64,000 nucleotides of DNA from Tubulanus polymorphus (GCF_964204645.1 NC_134034.1:6670914-6734913); one strand, 5' to 3'; numbered from the stretch's first letter, positions 37,618-52,077 are shown. Notes: generated from the letters alone by a model not told the origin. Translations and numbers: made by a program.

Positions 37618-39642
37618 CGTTTAAGGTCTGGATCCTGAGTCTTTTAGTGAAGTCATCTGTCACGTACGCTTCCTCATCGACCTCTAAATTAACACAAATA
37701 CAGAACAACATTATTTAGTTGCTTGGAGGAACCAAACAAACGACATTGTTTGAACATACAAGGCCAAAGCATAGATGTTAAATTAATTTCTCGAAATTAA
37801 TTTATGAAGACTATGGGTCCAGGGACACCTTGCCCACTTGGGTCGCAGTTTGAAATGCTCAACAATCACTAAATTTGAACGCAATGGGCAAAAAAAAGAA
37901 CTAGGAAATCATTATTCAAATATCTTATATCAATATCATATTATTCACCTTCATCATCAGAGTCTAGCTCTGAACTTGAAGACTGATCTGAATGTTCCTC
38001 TGGCAAATAATCATGATCATCACCACTATCATCGTCAAGTTCGATACCAGAAAGGACATGAACACCCGATGAACCCTCAGAAAACGTCTCTGCACCATCG
38101 GATTCGCTGGGTTCTGATGTTGAATTTTCATTGTTGACGTCATTTCTGTCAGCTAACAAAACAAGGACAGGTCATGTGAAGTTCAGAAATAATTTTTGAA
38201 TAGTTAATTAAATAAATAAGCCCGAATCCTACCCGGGATTTCTTACAATAGGCATATGTTATGGCCCATAACAGGTGATTCTAGGACAATTGCCCCCGCC
38301 CTAAGTAAATTTTAACCCTAAAGTAGCACAGATACTAACTTCTGATAAATTAGACTAACCAACTTAGAACTAACTAAATTTAGACTAGCTAACTAACTTT
38401 AGCTAAACACTAAAACTGATTCCGATAATTTAGTCACTAATAATTGGACTAACTAAGTTTCCTTTGATATCGTAAGTGGATTATAATTACTTGAGGATTG
38501 ATTGTAAAGGTTTTGATCTGCTCAAGTAAACTAAAACTAATTTGAATGAATTTCTAAGTAAAGTTGTTGTTGGTTACATGAAGTATTTAGGTGATGTTAA
38601 TCCAGATTTAAAAGGATTTACTTTGGGCGGGGGCAATTGTCTGGGGACAATTGTCCTTGGGACAATTGTCCTAATAGGATAACAGGTATAGGTCCCGCCG
38701 TAGCATTATTTCTTACAATAGGCATATGTTATGGCCCATAACAGGTATATGTCCCGTAGCATATTTTACAGTGAGTAAGAAATAAAACTAGGATTCATCG
38801 TACCTGTTTCATGATCCGAACAATTAGCAGGCCTGTCGACATTACTTTCAGCTAAAAAACAAGGACAGATTACATAAAGTTGAGAAAATCGTTTTCAGAG
38901 ATTTAATATAATCTGTTTTCAATAATTTTTCAATAGTTAATTGAATAAATAAGCCCGAATCCTACCCGGCATTTCATACAATAGGCATATGTTATGGCCC
39001 ATTACAGGTATATGTCCCGTAGCATATTTTACAGTGAGTAAGAAATAAAACTAGGATATGTTGTACCTGTTCAATGATCCGAACAATTAGCAGGCCTGTC
39101 GACATTACTTTCAGCTAAATAACAAGGACAGATTACATAAAGTTGAGAAAATCGTTTTCAGAGATTTAATATAATCTGTTTTCAATAATTTTTCAATAGT
39201 TAATTGAATAAATAAGCCCGAATCCTACCCGGGATTTCATACAATAGGCATATGTTATGGCCCATTACAGGTATATGTCCCGTAGCATATTTTACAGTGA
39301 GTAAGAAATAAAACTAGGATATGTTGTACCTGTTCAATGATCCGAACAATTAGCAGGCCTGTCGACATTACTTTCAGCTAAAAAACAAGGACAGATTACA
39401 TAAAGTTGAGAAAATCGTTTTCAGAGATTTAATATAATTTGTTTTCAATAATTTTCCAATAGTTAATTGAATAAATAAGTCCGAATCCTACCCGGGATTT
39501 CTTACAATAGGCATGTTGTGGCCCATAACAGGTACAGGCCTATGTCCCGTAGCATTTTACAGTGAGTAAGAAATAAAACTAGGATATGTTGTACCTGTTT
39601 CATGGTCCAAACAATTGGCAAGGATGTCGACATCACTTTCAG
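37618..39642 (-). pseudogene. Fragment of a multi-exon gene for an acidic low-complexity protein
   Basis: Phase 1-1 AG/GT exons: 39595-39642, 39330-39377, 39067-39114, 38804-38851 (48 nt each), 37949-38152 (204 nt), 37618-37683 (66 nt). Confidence 0.6.
38277..38678. mobile_element. MULE-like MITE with 9-bp TSD
   Basis: TSD ATAACAGGT at 38268-38276 and 38679-38687; inverted GGACAATTGCCCCCGCCC / GGGCGGGGGCAATTGTC. Confidence 0.8.
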
Positions 39643-39650
39643 CTAAAATT
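38700..39650. repeat. 263-bp tandem repeat, about 3.6 near-identical copies plus a diverged partial copy at 38150-38276
   Basis: Anchor CAATT(A/G)GCA at 38821, 39084, 39347, 39612. Confidence 0.95.
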
Positions 39651-41994
39651 AAGGAAAGGTCACATGAATAATGAAAGAAATAAACATTGTTGAAGCTGAG
39701 TGTCAAAAAATACATCATGGCTATTCCATATCATAAAGTAAGAAACAAAACGCTAAATTAAAAACAGGAAATATTCAAAATTTACAACTGGTTAGGGTAA
39801 CATTAACCAGAGTTACCCAATGACGGTTGTGGTCGGGACTCTCGTCGATACTTGCGGGCCGCGTCACGTCGGATAGTTTAAATACTTAATTTTTGTTAAA
39901 TATCCAAAATAATTACAAAGAATATTCACAAAATAATGTCAAATTAAATTTTATTTTTATTTCGTATTCCTCCGTAGTAACTGATAGGAAGACTGGATTC
40001 GAATCCCACAAAAACCACAGTGGGTCCGGGTATCGCTCCCGCTACTTTGACAGGTGAAGATGCTTAGGAGTCGTGAATTTTGTAGAATAACAAGTGCGTC
40101 GGTTTTACAGCATCGCTAAGGATCGAGTCCCGGAAAATTACGCGCGCGCACCCCGCATGTTAAAGACTAGAGTTCCGCGACATGCTTCCGAAATAATTAA
40201 CTCAAAATTTTTGCCGATCCTTGGGATAAAATGCGTTTTTTAACTTAATCGTTTTACGTACGTGTCTTGAACTCCCGTTTTTCTGCGTTATTTCCTTTTC
40301 TGTGTCGTGTAAAATTCATATACGCTTGTACTATCTATAATCCGTATTTAAAGTAGTTCCATTAATTCGATACCCATGCAACCCGTGGTTGGGAACAAAT
40401 TCCTAGGGAACAAATTCCTAGCGTAAAACACATAAAACTATTGAAGAGATTTAATGTGGATATCTGATGATCTTTTATTACATATACAGACAAATTTACT
40501 TATTAAGCCTTAAATCTGACTGTGCGCTTCACCAAGTTTTGACTATGACATTTTAGGCCTGAGGCCTATAGCTATGCTTTTATATTTGCATCTCATTTCG
40601 GTTCATCTCTATAAACAGAATCGTTCTCACGGCCGAGCCACGGCACGGTAGCAAACTCAAAATATTATAGTAATTGAATACAATTCAACAAGGATTTTGA
40701 CAAACAATCTAGATATTTCCAGGAAATTTTGCAGTTTTATTTGTTTACTTTTGCTTACCGGACAAACCAGGAAGTAATTAAATGCACTAAAATGTTAGGC
40801 CTAACTCAAAAATTGGAAAGTCGAAAATCGATGCAAAACCACATGAGAAAATATTCCTATTTCAAATTTCAAATTTCATGGCAAACCGGTAAGGGTAGGG
40901 TATAGAATTTATGGGGTTCTCTTTTCAACAATCTTGAAAAATATCACAAAATAGTTAAATAAAATAACGTTCGAATTTGGAGTTCTCGAGTAGGGTCTAC
41001 TAACAAAATGTGCTGTCTAGAAACATACAGCGACGTATAGATATGCGTGTTAGCTATATTGAAGGATTGCTAAAATTAGTTTTAAGTCACACGAATCGAA
41101 GAAAAGAGACTTCATTTTATGATCTAAATCTGGACTGCAGTCTAAAATGCATTAAAAACGATGGTTAATTTGGACTGCACAGTATCCAACTGGTCGTATC
41201 ATTATGCCCAATTTGAGGTACGTATGTGTTAAACCAATTAGGAGAAATACCATAAAAGATTGATATCACACGAGTCTCGTAGGGCTTAGACCTATGTCCA
41301 TTTATTTTCGTCTATCGATCTTTTTGGGATATTTAGGCCTCATTTATCGAACACATACCGGTACCTGATTTTGGTCTTGAGGACCATTGAATCTGCACAG
41401 TCCAGATAAATCAACGTTTTTGAACTCCGCAGTAGAGAACCAGGGGAACAGAGCCAGATGAATATTTTATGAAGGAATCCTTTAGTGTACCGTAGGTCTA
41501 CCATATTTGATGAAGTTTTATACACAGACTACCCTCAGAATACCCTTTTGACCTGCTGGTTACGACTACGAAGGCTAAAAAAATGCAGGCGTAATCTTTA
41601 CTAACATCCTTTTGACTCAATTACGATAAAGTGAATGATTATTCTAAATATCTACAACTAATAAAAGAAAAACAAGCTTATCTACCTGTTATTTGAAGAT
41701 TCCAACCACCAATTACGTGCTTGGAAGAGCGCTGGTTTGAAAATACCCATAATGCAACTCATAGTACTGCATTGATCCACTGTGGCGCTAGCGTACTGTT
41801 CAAATATATATATTTGTGTGTCAGACCAATACTATGGGTAAGCAACACGGCTGACATCATCAACGTTGACGTGGCTGTTTGGCGCTAAAATAAAATGTGG
41901 GACGGTGTGGGACGGTTTGTTTATATCTAACTCATCATAATTCTTAGGTAGATTTATTAATTTTAGTTGAGCCATCATTCTATGATAATTATTA

Positions 41995-43736
41995 TCTATA
42001 TTAGCTTCAAAATAAATACTGATCCAAATTGTAAAATTTGCGGACGCGCGGCAACAAATGATCATGTAGTATTCTCATGCACAGAAGCACAGCAATTATA
42101 TTCATGGATACAACTAATCTTTCAACGCACTCTAAACACACCTATAAAAATCACTCAAGACATCTTCTACACAGGAATTACTAAAACAACAGAAAGAGAC
42201 TTCTTCAAACGCACACTTGCGAACTATCTTTTATTTCTCGAACAATCCATTTTGTACAAAAAAATTATTCCAATCTAGAACAAGGCTCTGGCCCCGTCAA
42301 CCGGTGTTGTCATATCGCGGAAAGACGGAATCGCGGAATTTTCCAAAAACGCGGAATTTCTTCATTTTTACTTTAAATAGTAAACGGGTTTTCCCACGGG
42401 GATACCCACTGTCGGACAAGGCACCGGACCGATCGATGCAACGAGTTAGGTTCGAATCCCATTATTTGCAGGCAATTTTATATGGAATTATTATATTACG
42501 ATACCGTTGACTGGATCAAATTCGGTTTTCGTATCTAGTCGACTAGTGGTCAGAACTAATAACCGAATGCGCTTGATTTTCGAACTATTTCCGGAATATA
42601 GTTCCCACTATCGGACATTCGGTTTCGTTTAGTTCGACTATACTCGACTAACTCAGATAACCGAAGGTGGCCCTGGCTGCCACCTGTAGAAGAAGTCAGA
42701 ATCAAGTGGGGTGAAAGAGACCAGGCACCTAATGTCTATTTCTACTAGGCAAACTTCGGTTATCGAAGTTCATCGACTTTTTGAGAACTTCAGAAACGAA
42801 TATTATCAGATAAATATTGGGCACGTTCGCGGTGTCGGACCGTAGTTGTAGATGGTTGCAAACATAAAATCCTACGACCAAACAAGTACCGGTTCAAATT
42901 CCTTTGAAATTATTATAATTTTACGGCCGTCCAGTACCGGTACCAATAAGATTATTTTGATCCAAATAATCAGCATAGGGACATATATGTTATAGCAGTC
43001 ACAAAGTAAACATTAAAAAAACGAAACCATTTTATAATCTTTCATATCATTTAATTCTAAAAGATAAACCACATTCGCTTATAACAACAATGTAGACACA
43101 CAACACGCATGAACAATCCTAAGCCAGAATGAAATATCCATAATGTCTATTTATTTTCGTCTGACATCGATCCAGTTCCACAGTTGTGAGTTAACTCTCA
43201 GTTTCTTAGAATCAATTCATTTCCAATGTTTTAAATCCAGAGACCAGAGTCAAATCTTAACTCGGAAATGAGTCCTGGAGAATGACCCATGGTGTCATCA
43301 CAAATCCTACGTTTACGTACCATCGATCTGTATTCCATCAGTTAATGCAGCGATACTCTGTATCACTGAATTCGCAAAGCACGTATTGCCTAGGTTCTCC
43401 ATTATTTGGAACAGTATCGTTAAGTTGTTGACTGGCGATATAATAAATTATCAAATACTAATTCCCGGTGTTGAAAACCTGGGTCCGGTGCCCTGTCCGA
43501 CAGTGGGTATCCCCGTGGGAAAACCCCGTTTACTATTTATAGTAAAAATGAAGAAATTCCGCGTTTTTGGAAAATTCCGCGATTCCGTCTTTCCGCGATA
43601 TGACAAAACCGCGCATCAACTCTATAATTTATTTCAAAAACTCACTTATAGATCGCCTAAACCAAGAAATCATGCTTCAACAAAACCTTCATATTTGGAG
43701 ACTTAACAATACACTTATACACCTGGACGCAAGCGG
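41995..43736 (+). mobile_element. 3' fragment of an L1/Tx1-like ORF2, split by a DNA transposon
   Basis: DPNCKICG...TNDHVVFSC (CCHC knuckle); resumes at 43612 as RINSIIYFKNSLIDRL..HIWR. Confidence 0.55.
42302..43611. mobile_element. Non-autonomous MULE-like element with ~130-bp TIRs
   Basis: 42302-42430 is inverted at 43482-43611; imperfect 9-bp TSD CCCGTCAAC / CGCATCAAC. Confidence 0.85.
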
Positions 43737-44777
43737 ACAGCTAGCACACAACGTTCATACAACATTCGGAAACGTTCGTGAAAGTTGTGTGATAGTTTAT
43801 AATGTAACGTTCAGGCGATAACGTTTTCTGAAGGTTTTTCTAAACGTTATCATCCAAGAGCCTGCAGCAAATTATTAGTTAAGTCAGATATCATCAATAT
43901 AGTCCGTTTTAAGCAAATCCCGACGTGGATTCCTACATTTTAATACCATTTGAAAGCAAGATTCAAACTTTCGGGAGTAAAGAAAAATATGGGATTCGAA
44001 ACCGATGGATATCGTGACATATCAAAGCAGGAAGTGTTCGCCATTGTTCATCAATCAGCTTTAAGCGGCGTGTTTAAGGGATTTAAAAATCGTTTATTTA
44101 CCAAGGTACGTTATTCAATCCACAAATTTTGATACTTTCAATATATGGAAAATCACCGATAGAATGTTTTTGAAACAATCTTTCATGTAGAAACCCACGT
44201 TAGAGACCTTTTCGTCGGGTTTTATATCAATGAAATGACCTAACTGTTGTTCTCCAATAACAAGCATAACAATCCCTGTATGTATGGATGAAATGAACTT
44301 CAAGGCTTAACACAACCATGAAAATAAAAGTTTCTGTATCATTTCCTTTTTATTTTAGGAATCACAAAGGCTGCCAGCTACGCTGTAACGACGACGACTG
44401 GTGCACTGGAGAACTAACTTACAAGTGAATAATTTCGATATTATACATGTATACATACGTAGTTACAAAATAAAAGTTAGGTAAAATAATTCAAATATTA
44501 GTTAGTTGAAAGGGATTTATTCGAGCTCGTGAAAGAGGACATCATGGTTATAATGTAACGTCATACGAACGTTATTGGAACGTTTTTATCAAGCTCAATG
44601 GTTGCAGAGAGGTTGTGAAGTAACGTTCAGTCAACGTTATCAAAAACGTTCTGTGAACCTTAAAATACATTTACAAAAAAACGTTCTACAAACGTTGCAC
44701 GAACGTTCAACATTAACGTTAAAACGTTAGTGAAAAACTTTTAGAAAACGTTCTTTGAACGTTTTATTGTTAGCTGG
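43737..44777. mobile_element. CMC/EnSpm-like non-autonomous element
   Basis: CAGCTAGCAC.. / ..TTGTTAGCTGG ends with dense subterminal AACGTT palindromes. Confidence 0.6.
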
Positions 44778-46587
44778 AAACGTAGTAAACAGAATCACAA
44801 GCGACAGCATTAGCGTAGTCTATTAATTAAAACCAACGCCATTATTTATTACTTACCCTACATATCCCGACTTCGACATTTGAGGTACGTTCTGATTTAG
44901 ATCGAACCGGGATGACGGTCTATCAATACGCATAGAACTGTATGACCACTTTTGCTTTATATAATCACATACGAATTAGTTCACTGTTTCTGATGTTTGG
45001 ACTGTAAACTCAGTCTCATTGCCGCGATAGCTGGAACGCTGCCTCCGTTTTTGGCCTCAGGATAACAAGTTCAGTCTATCTGCGCGCAATGGTGACTGGA
45101 AGGTTGTTTAGCAAAGCTATTTTCGGTCCTATTCGTGAAGAATGGTCGACGTCGGAAATCCGGAACAGAGCGAAGGGAGTGAGACGTAACTAACAGTTTG
45201 GAATACCAGAACTGGAACTGACTTTATTTTTACACATAGCTATTTATATAACACAGATTTAAGACAGGTTGAGATATGGAAAATGATACAAAAACCAAGG
45301 TGACAAGTAGGTGAAATGACAGTGAGACAAACAACAATTAACACATTCTGACACAGACAAACAGTCTCAGAGGACAATGAGTAATTAGATGGAGACATAA
45401 AACAATAAAGATTTACGAAATATAGATGAAATATGTATAACAATTATCAGTGACATTTAGCGTTGTTAAAGTTGCCTCATGACATCAGTCTCATTGAAAA
45501 CTACCAAAAACCTAATTGTGACAATGTAAATAAAACCCGATCAAGACTGTATATATATGTAAATGTACAAACATGTATTCAATATTCACGTGTCAGTGCC
45601 GCTTTCTTACTAACGGTCTATCAAAACGCATAGCACTGTACGTTTGATAGCGATACATTCACGAACCTAACTATGCACTGTATATATATAGTTTATTAAA
45701 GTGTCATCTTTAAAAGTAAAGCCAGCCTATAAAAGGCTTACAAGACACAAATTTTCATACAATTATAACTTATTCATGGCATGTTAACGTTTCGTCGTAA
45801 GGACGCCCTTTCAATATAGTTACAAACATATTCAATTATTTTGCAATTCGATAGAATTTTAATTAATACCTCGGTACTTGAAAGGGAAGTTATATCAAGA
45901 GTTAGTACATCTTCAATTTTTTGGTATAGGTCATTTCTTAAATCATGATATGCGTTATATTGTATATTAGAAACACAAAACTGCTCACAGTGTAAAACTT
46001 TTACTTTTAGGCAAATTCAGCACCAGATGTGAAGTACCAGCTGCGCACCCTTTGACGGAGAAATCCATCCTCATCGGAGCTGCACTGTCGTCATACAGCT
46101 ACACTTCGGACCCCAGGGCCATACTCTCCATCTGGAAAATGTGCGTCTTGAAATGTGCTTCCTTTCCATCTAGTCAACACGCGGGATCATCAACTTAGAG
46201 GACTTCTACATCAACATCTGCCCGAGAAAACGAAACGACAATAAACTATCGGCTATTTACTCGCTATTTCCAAAATCTCGATGTATTAAATTAGGCAGCC
46301 AAGAAAATTCACCCCAATCAGTCGCTTGCCGGTTCAGACTGGTTGGAAGATTGTTTGAATGAACCGGAACCGAATTTCCAATTATGTACTTCAATTTAAA
46401 CAAAAAATTCTGTTATCTCGATCGCCGATCACACGACTATATCCGTACTTCGATTTCCGATTTCAAAATCAAACCCCCTGTTTCGCTCCCGGCAGGTGTG
46501 GTGAGTCTGAAAGGGACACTCAATTGAAAAAGTCAAAAAAAATTTACCAGCCAAATAAATAACGGGGACAATCCCTATGTTAAGATA

Positions 46588-47929
46588 CAAAAAATCCCCT
46601 AGGTAAAAATCCCCTTGGTAAAAATCCCCAATTCTTCAAAGCAGGTAAAAACCCCCCTTCTTCTGAATGTAGTGTAAGTAGATACAATCTTGTGGTCAAT
46701 TAATTCATATCATTGATACATATATCTAATGTATTCGTATTTCACTGTGGAACACCATAAGGATATCATGTCGTGAGCATACAAACTATGGTATAAACTA
46801 TTTGAATTGAAACATACTACAAATTAACAGTTCTAAATAGCGGTACTAAATTAGTACAGTTATTATAATGCACCAGTCAATGAAAGTCCCCGCCCTACGG
46901 CGACCGGGAAACGAAAATTAGCGCAAATTAGCGCCGGCGATCGGGACTTTTTCCCGCTACCGGTAATGTTATTTTTATCGCTACCGTAGCGCTATTGACC
47001 GCCTACACATGGGGATTCCTGCGCTATGGATCGCTTAAGTATGCGGGTAATTGTGCGCTACGGATCGCCGTGGGGTACCGGGAATACACTAAAACTGGTA
47101 TTTGCAGTTTGAGAACCGTAAAAATTCTGAAATTCGATTTCTCTAAACGATATCATCAGAAAAATATTACAAACCAATGTTTAAAAAAAGTGATCCAATT
47201 GAGCTCTTAAAAACGGTAAAATACGAATTTATGGAAATAAAAAGTTCATTGTTGAAGATGGCGCTAGCTAGCGCTGTAGATCGCGATGGATCGACATTGC
47301 GGGTGAGGACGTCGGCGCTATTTGTTGCTGTGGATCGGGTCCGTACACAAGGACTAGTCGCCAAAGCTGCGCTGTTACCGGTATGCGATCCACTCATTTT
47401 TTCGCTGGATCACCTCTTTCCCGGCGCTATGGATCGCTAATTTTCGTTTCCCGGTCCACGTAGGGCGGGAACTATCATTGACTAGTGCATTAGTATGCAG
47501 TTAGTTACCGCAGTTAATGAAAGGGTTCATCTCACATTTCAAATATATTACACTAGCTTAAATCTGAAATATTTCAAATTAAAAGTTAGTTATTGCTTAT
47601 AAGTCATGGCATCGTACAGCTCAAATATACCACAAGTTAACGTATTACAAATAAAAGTTCATTATTCTTATTAATTCTAACAATTTATTTTATGCTAAGA
47701 GTTTACTTAAGAATCTATCCCAACGAAAACATTTCAGTCTCATTGCAAATGAATAAAATTGGAGAACTTTTTTGCTTTGGAATGTTATTGAACATCGATT
47801 GTAGGAAAAATGGCCATGGAAAAAATGGCCCATAGTGGGGATTTTTACCTACTTTGAATATTTGGGGATTTTTATCTAGGGAATTTTTACCCAGGGGATA
47901 TTTTACCAAGGGGATTTTTACCTAGGGGA
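46588..47929. mobile_element. MULE-like non-autonomous element
   Basis: GGTAAAAATCCCC arrays at 46590-46657 are inverted at 47836-47929. Confidence 0.65.
46866..47492. mobile_element. TA-flanked MITE with ~58-bp TIRs nested in the previous element
   Basis: TAATGCACCAGTCAATG...GGGAAACGAAAATTAGCG / CGCTAATTTTCGTTTCCC...CATTGACTAGTGCATTA. Confidence 0.85.
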
Positions 47930-49899
47930 GCGTCCAGAAATTACGTACCTCAAAATCTCCCGTTTTTCTGACCCCCTTGTACCACCTTTGTACCAAATTC
48001 ACTGACCACGCTCATAGGTACGTACCATGGTACCCATGACCTCCCCCCAAAGAACACAAATCAAAGCAAAATATAAACAAGAGGCCTACGGGCCTTGTAC
48101 CGCCATGGCGCAGTAGAAGAAGAATGATTCAGTATTCAAAGTTTTACAGAAATATTTACATTGTAACGATTTAACAAGTATTAAAATAGTTAAGATGGTA
48201 TAGGCTATGTGGCGATAATGTTCATTTTCTGTTAATATATCCTTACATGAAAAGATGGGCCCATTTTAGCTGCCCTGCAGAGATTCGAAAAAATGCAAAA
48301 AAATTCATCAAGATTTGGTGTAGGCATCGTGCTGAAAAGAAATCCAAGGTGGATGGCAACCCTGGTGACCATACTTGAACTCAATTTTCAATGAGGGGTA
48401 GACAATTCACCTACAAAAATTCTTACACCTTCGAGATGGCTTAACTGGCGGCCATATTTTAAAGCCGATGACCTCCATATACAAAAGGCATGGACAGCTT
48501 ACCTACCCCGATCCTAACACCAAATTTTGTGGAAATCCATCAACAATTGCGGGCTGCATCGTGCAAACAAGAATTTAAAATGGCCACCCCAATGACAGCC
48601 ATATTTGATCGCCAATGACATTTTTTTACAATAGGGGAGGATATCTCGCCAGACCCAATCTTCAAGCTAATTTTCAAAATGATTCATCGCAAATTACAGG
48701 CGAATAACGGTGTTGAATTCAATTCAATTCCAGAGGGCCTGGCCTTTTTGAAAAACCAGCACAGATGCCTATTTAAATCACATGAAATTAAAAAATTCAG
48801 TGCTTCGGTTGAGTATGTATTGCGACATAATGAATCATCCCTCTGATATTTACTGTTGCGCAAGTATGTATTACACATACTGGATCGCCGCTCTCTCACT
48901 GAACAGACGGCATATACAGAACGCTTAGGATTCATCTATCGAAACACAATTCGGAGTTAAGGTTTACAGTTCTAAATGTAAGTACTGTTTTTGTATTTAT
49001 TATGAAGTAGGGAAAGGGGTCTACTAAATATTTAACCTTTAAATATATTTATATTTAGTATATCTTTTAGATAGCTAGAGTTACCACTAATATCTTTAGA
49101 TTAATAAAATGTCATACGTGTCAAGAAGCGATAGAGAAACTCAAGATACTCTTTCTGAGGAATAGACAGCAATGGATTTCGAATCAATAGAAATTGGCGT
49201 AGAAGTACAAGAAACACAAAAGATCGACGAAGAAACTATATAAGAATTTCAAAAACATTTAGACTACTCCAAAAATTCCAATGTTTAAGTTTAACATTTG
49301 TTGTGCAGTTAAATATTTACCGGCAATTGAAAAAAATGTTTGTAATTATAAATTTTGTATATAGAAATCAAATGATGTATTGGATGAAACGACCGAACAT
49401 ACTTGTATATGTATTGTGTAAATCTGTAGGCGCAGCTTGGTGAATATTCTATGTTCGGTCGTTTCAATTATGATTGGCGCATGCGTATTAATCAAAAACG
49501 GGCCTGTATGCCCGGTTTTGCTCAGTACGCATACGTGTGAATATTCTATGTTCAGTCGTTTCAATTTTACAGAATAGATATATAATTATGATTGGCGCAT
49601 GCGTACTAATCAAAAACGGGCCTGTATGCCCGGTTTTGCTCAGTGCGCATGCGACACGGATATTGTAACTGGTATGATTTAGATATCAAGGAACCGAAAT
49701 GACTTATCAAAAGCAGCGAGGAATGAAAAAGGATGACGTTAGTCGAAGATGAACAGACGGAAATTATCAAATAGATTTCAAATAGAATAAAAAAATTCAT
49801 ATATTATAAATGGAAAGTAAACAGCCACAAATTATCAATATTACAAATAACGCTGGTGTTATAAATATTTATCAGAAGACATGTTGTGAATGTAAAAAA

Positions 49900-50585
49900 A
49901 GTATTGTGTTTGAATTATACTTGAAATATTTTCATCAGTTACTGTATCATATTCTAAACATATATTCGATAATTTATAACCCATATCTTTAATTATACTC
50001 GATATTAAAATTTCATCAACCGGAGCAAATGTTATCTCAAATATAATATCTTCTTGAATTGCGTATTTATATAAAGGTGCATTATTATTTATCAATTCAA
50101 AGTCTAATGGAATTTTATATTTGCTTCCATAAATCTTTTTGATCAAATTATCTACGTCATTAGTTACTACTGCATTATTAGCTTCTGATCTTAATTTATT
50201 TTGGTTTTATGATTGGATGCCTTGAAATATCATATTATTTCTATTTTCTTAACCATAAATCTTTATAGTGCGTAAATAAATTATAATCATCTAATGAGAA
50301 AACTGTTTCTTGACCAATCTTTATAGTTAATTTTTCAATCAAATATCTTCCAAAATTATCAACAACATAATTATTATTATTACCAGTTACATATATATCA
50401 GTCGATAAATAAATACTATTTGGAACATAAAAAGTATTTCGTGTTAATCTAGGGATTCTAACATATAAAGTTTAATCAGGATTAATATTAGAAGGGTTAT
50501 GAGTAATTATATGATGAGATCTTTATGTTTTAATAGCATTAGATATTCTAGGATTCTTAGAAGGATTTATATAACTCCCACTCAT
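49900..50585 (-). pseudogene. Major capsid protein (double jelly-roll type), N-terminal half
   Basis: MSGSYINPSKNPR..IITHNPSNINPD.TLYVRIPRL..VDNFGRYLIEKLTIKI..YKDLWL..IYGSKYKIPLDF..YKLSNICLEYDTV; recalled similarity to invertebrate Polinton MCPs; stops and frameshifts present. Confidence 0.7.
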
Positions 50586-50606
50586 TTATTTAACAAAAAA
50601 AATTAA

Positions 50607-51102
50607 TTATCTATTTTTTATCATATTCACTAACCCAAAAATAATAGCACTTACAACTGTAATTAAAAATAAAATAATATGTTCAGCAGCAAAGTTAAGA
50701 ATATTCCCAGCAGATTTTAAAACAAAACCAACAATCGATGCAATAACTCCGGGTAAAGCTGCAACAGATTTTTTAGATAGTTCCCATAAATATTTTGCTA
50801 ATTTTTTAAAACCATCCTTAACCTTATCTTGAATAGAGGTTTATCCGGTTTATTGGGAGTAGGTGTAGATTTCAATGAATTTGATATAGCTAAACCAATT
50901 GTTGTGAATACCTTAGTTACAGCTGTTAGAATTGAAAGAATTATTATTCCTTCTAATTTAAATAATAATTTTATTCTATCTTTTAATGATATTTCAGAAT
51001 TTGGTTTTATCAACAAATCTTTAAAAATAACTTTTAATCTATTAATATTATAATCATATGATTTTAATAATATATATCAATATTACCAACTTTATCATCA
51101 AT
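50607..51102 (-). pseudogene. Polinton hydrophobic/amphipathic putative membrane protein
   Basis: DRIKLLFKLEGIIILSILTA...LKKLAKYLWELSKKSVAALPGVIASIVGFVL; start codon decayed (TAAATT). Confidence 0.55.
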
Positions 51103-51120
51103 TTATTTAGCAAAAAAAAT

Positions 51121-51489
51121 TATTAATTAGTAAATTCATATGCTACAAATATAACAATTACAGTTCTACCTAAAATCCATATTATTTCATATTTCTGTTG
51201 TTCTTTACTTGGGGTATAATAATCTTCATAATGCATCATCAACTGATTGAAAATCTCTATGTCAAATTTTCTGATCATATAATTCTTTATTGATGTAATC
51301 CATATAGTTTTATCTCTTTTCTCTATATTCTTCTGCAGCTTTATTGTATTTCTCTAATGCTAAGTTATGTCTTTTTTGTTCTGATAATGATCCATTTTTA
51401 TCAATATGCTTAAATAAATAACCACCACCAGTAAATGCTAAAACGTTAACTATTGCTGACCCTATTATAGTTATAATTGCAGAAGCCAT
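51121..51489 (-). pseudogene. Small conserved Polinton protein, not in the ORF track
   Basis: MASAIITIIGSAIVNVLAFTGGGYLF..EQKRHNLALEKY; frameshifted; 3' boundary approximate. Confidence 0.55.
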
Positions 51490-51508
51490 TTATCTAACAA
51501 AAAAATTA
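51487..51508 (-). promoter_or_regulatory. Representative TAA-T7-N5-ATAAATG intergenic cassette (putative terminator plus initiator)
   Basis: TAATTTTTTTGTTAGATAAATG; equivalents at ATGs 9682, 11098, 24198, 50585, 51734, 52077, 62357 (-), 59721, 60083 (+), decayed at 51102. Confidence 0.7.
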
Positions 51509-51734
51509 TGCATTTATATAGGAGGAATATATTTTTGTTTTTCTAAATAATCAATAGTTAAATTAGATAAAGTAACTGCTAACGTTAATTTTAAAATATC
51601 ATTTATATCAAATCTATCAACATTAACACTTCCCATTTTAAATACTTTTTTAATACCATTGAATAACCAACAGTTCCAACTGATAGTAAGGCACTATTTT
51701 ATAAACCAGTTATTATCCACTTATTATCACTCAT
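51506..51734 (-). pseudogene. Small Polinton protein, not in the ORF track
   Basis: MSDNKVDNN...DRFDINDILKLTLAVTLSNLTIDYLEKQKYIPP; frameshifts. Confidence 0.5.
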
Positions 51735-51792
51735 TTATTTATCAAAAAAATTACTATCTTCAAAATATTTAGTTATCTTATTTATGATTATT

Positions 51793-52077
51793 TCAACATT
51801 TTATTTCATTACTACTTTTATGATTATCATATATTTTAGATAATTTATCTTTAATATCATCGATAATTCCATCTTGATTTAATTCATAATATTCTAAAGG
51901 CGTTTTAATTAAATCAATCACTTTTTCTATATTATAATTTTCTTTATTAATCATTGATGCATTGTTGAATGATTTACTTTTAATATCAGTAATTACATCA
52001 TTTAGTTTAATTCTCATTTCTTTACCATGTTTAAAATCAAACCCAAAACATATACTCGGTCCAACAGTTATATTCAT
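51793..52077 (-). CDS. Polinton hypothetical protein, 94 aa
   Basis: Open ORF starting at the T7-ATAAATG cassette. Confidence 0.5.
   Translation of the reverse strand: MNITVGPSICFGFDFKHGKEMRIKLNDVITDIKSKSFNNASMINKENYNIEKVIDLIKTPLEYYELNQDGIIDDIKDKLSKIYDNHKSSNEIKC

Noticed and set aside
39970-40180. tRNA gene or SINE (GGATTCGAATCCC)
   Set aside because: Only a B-box-like motif; no cloverleaf or clear A box could be built
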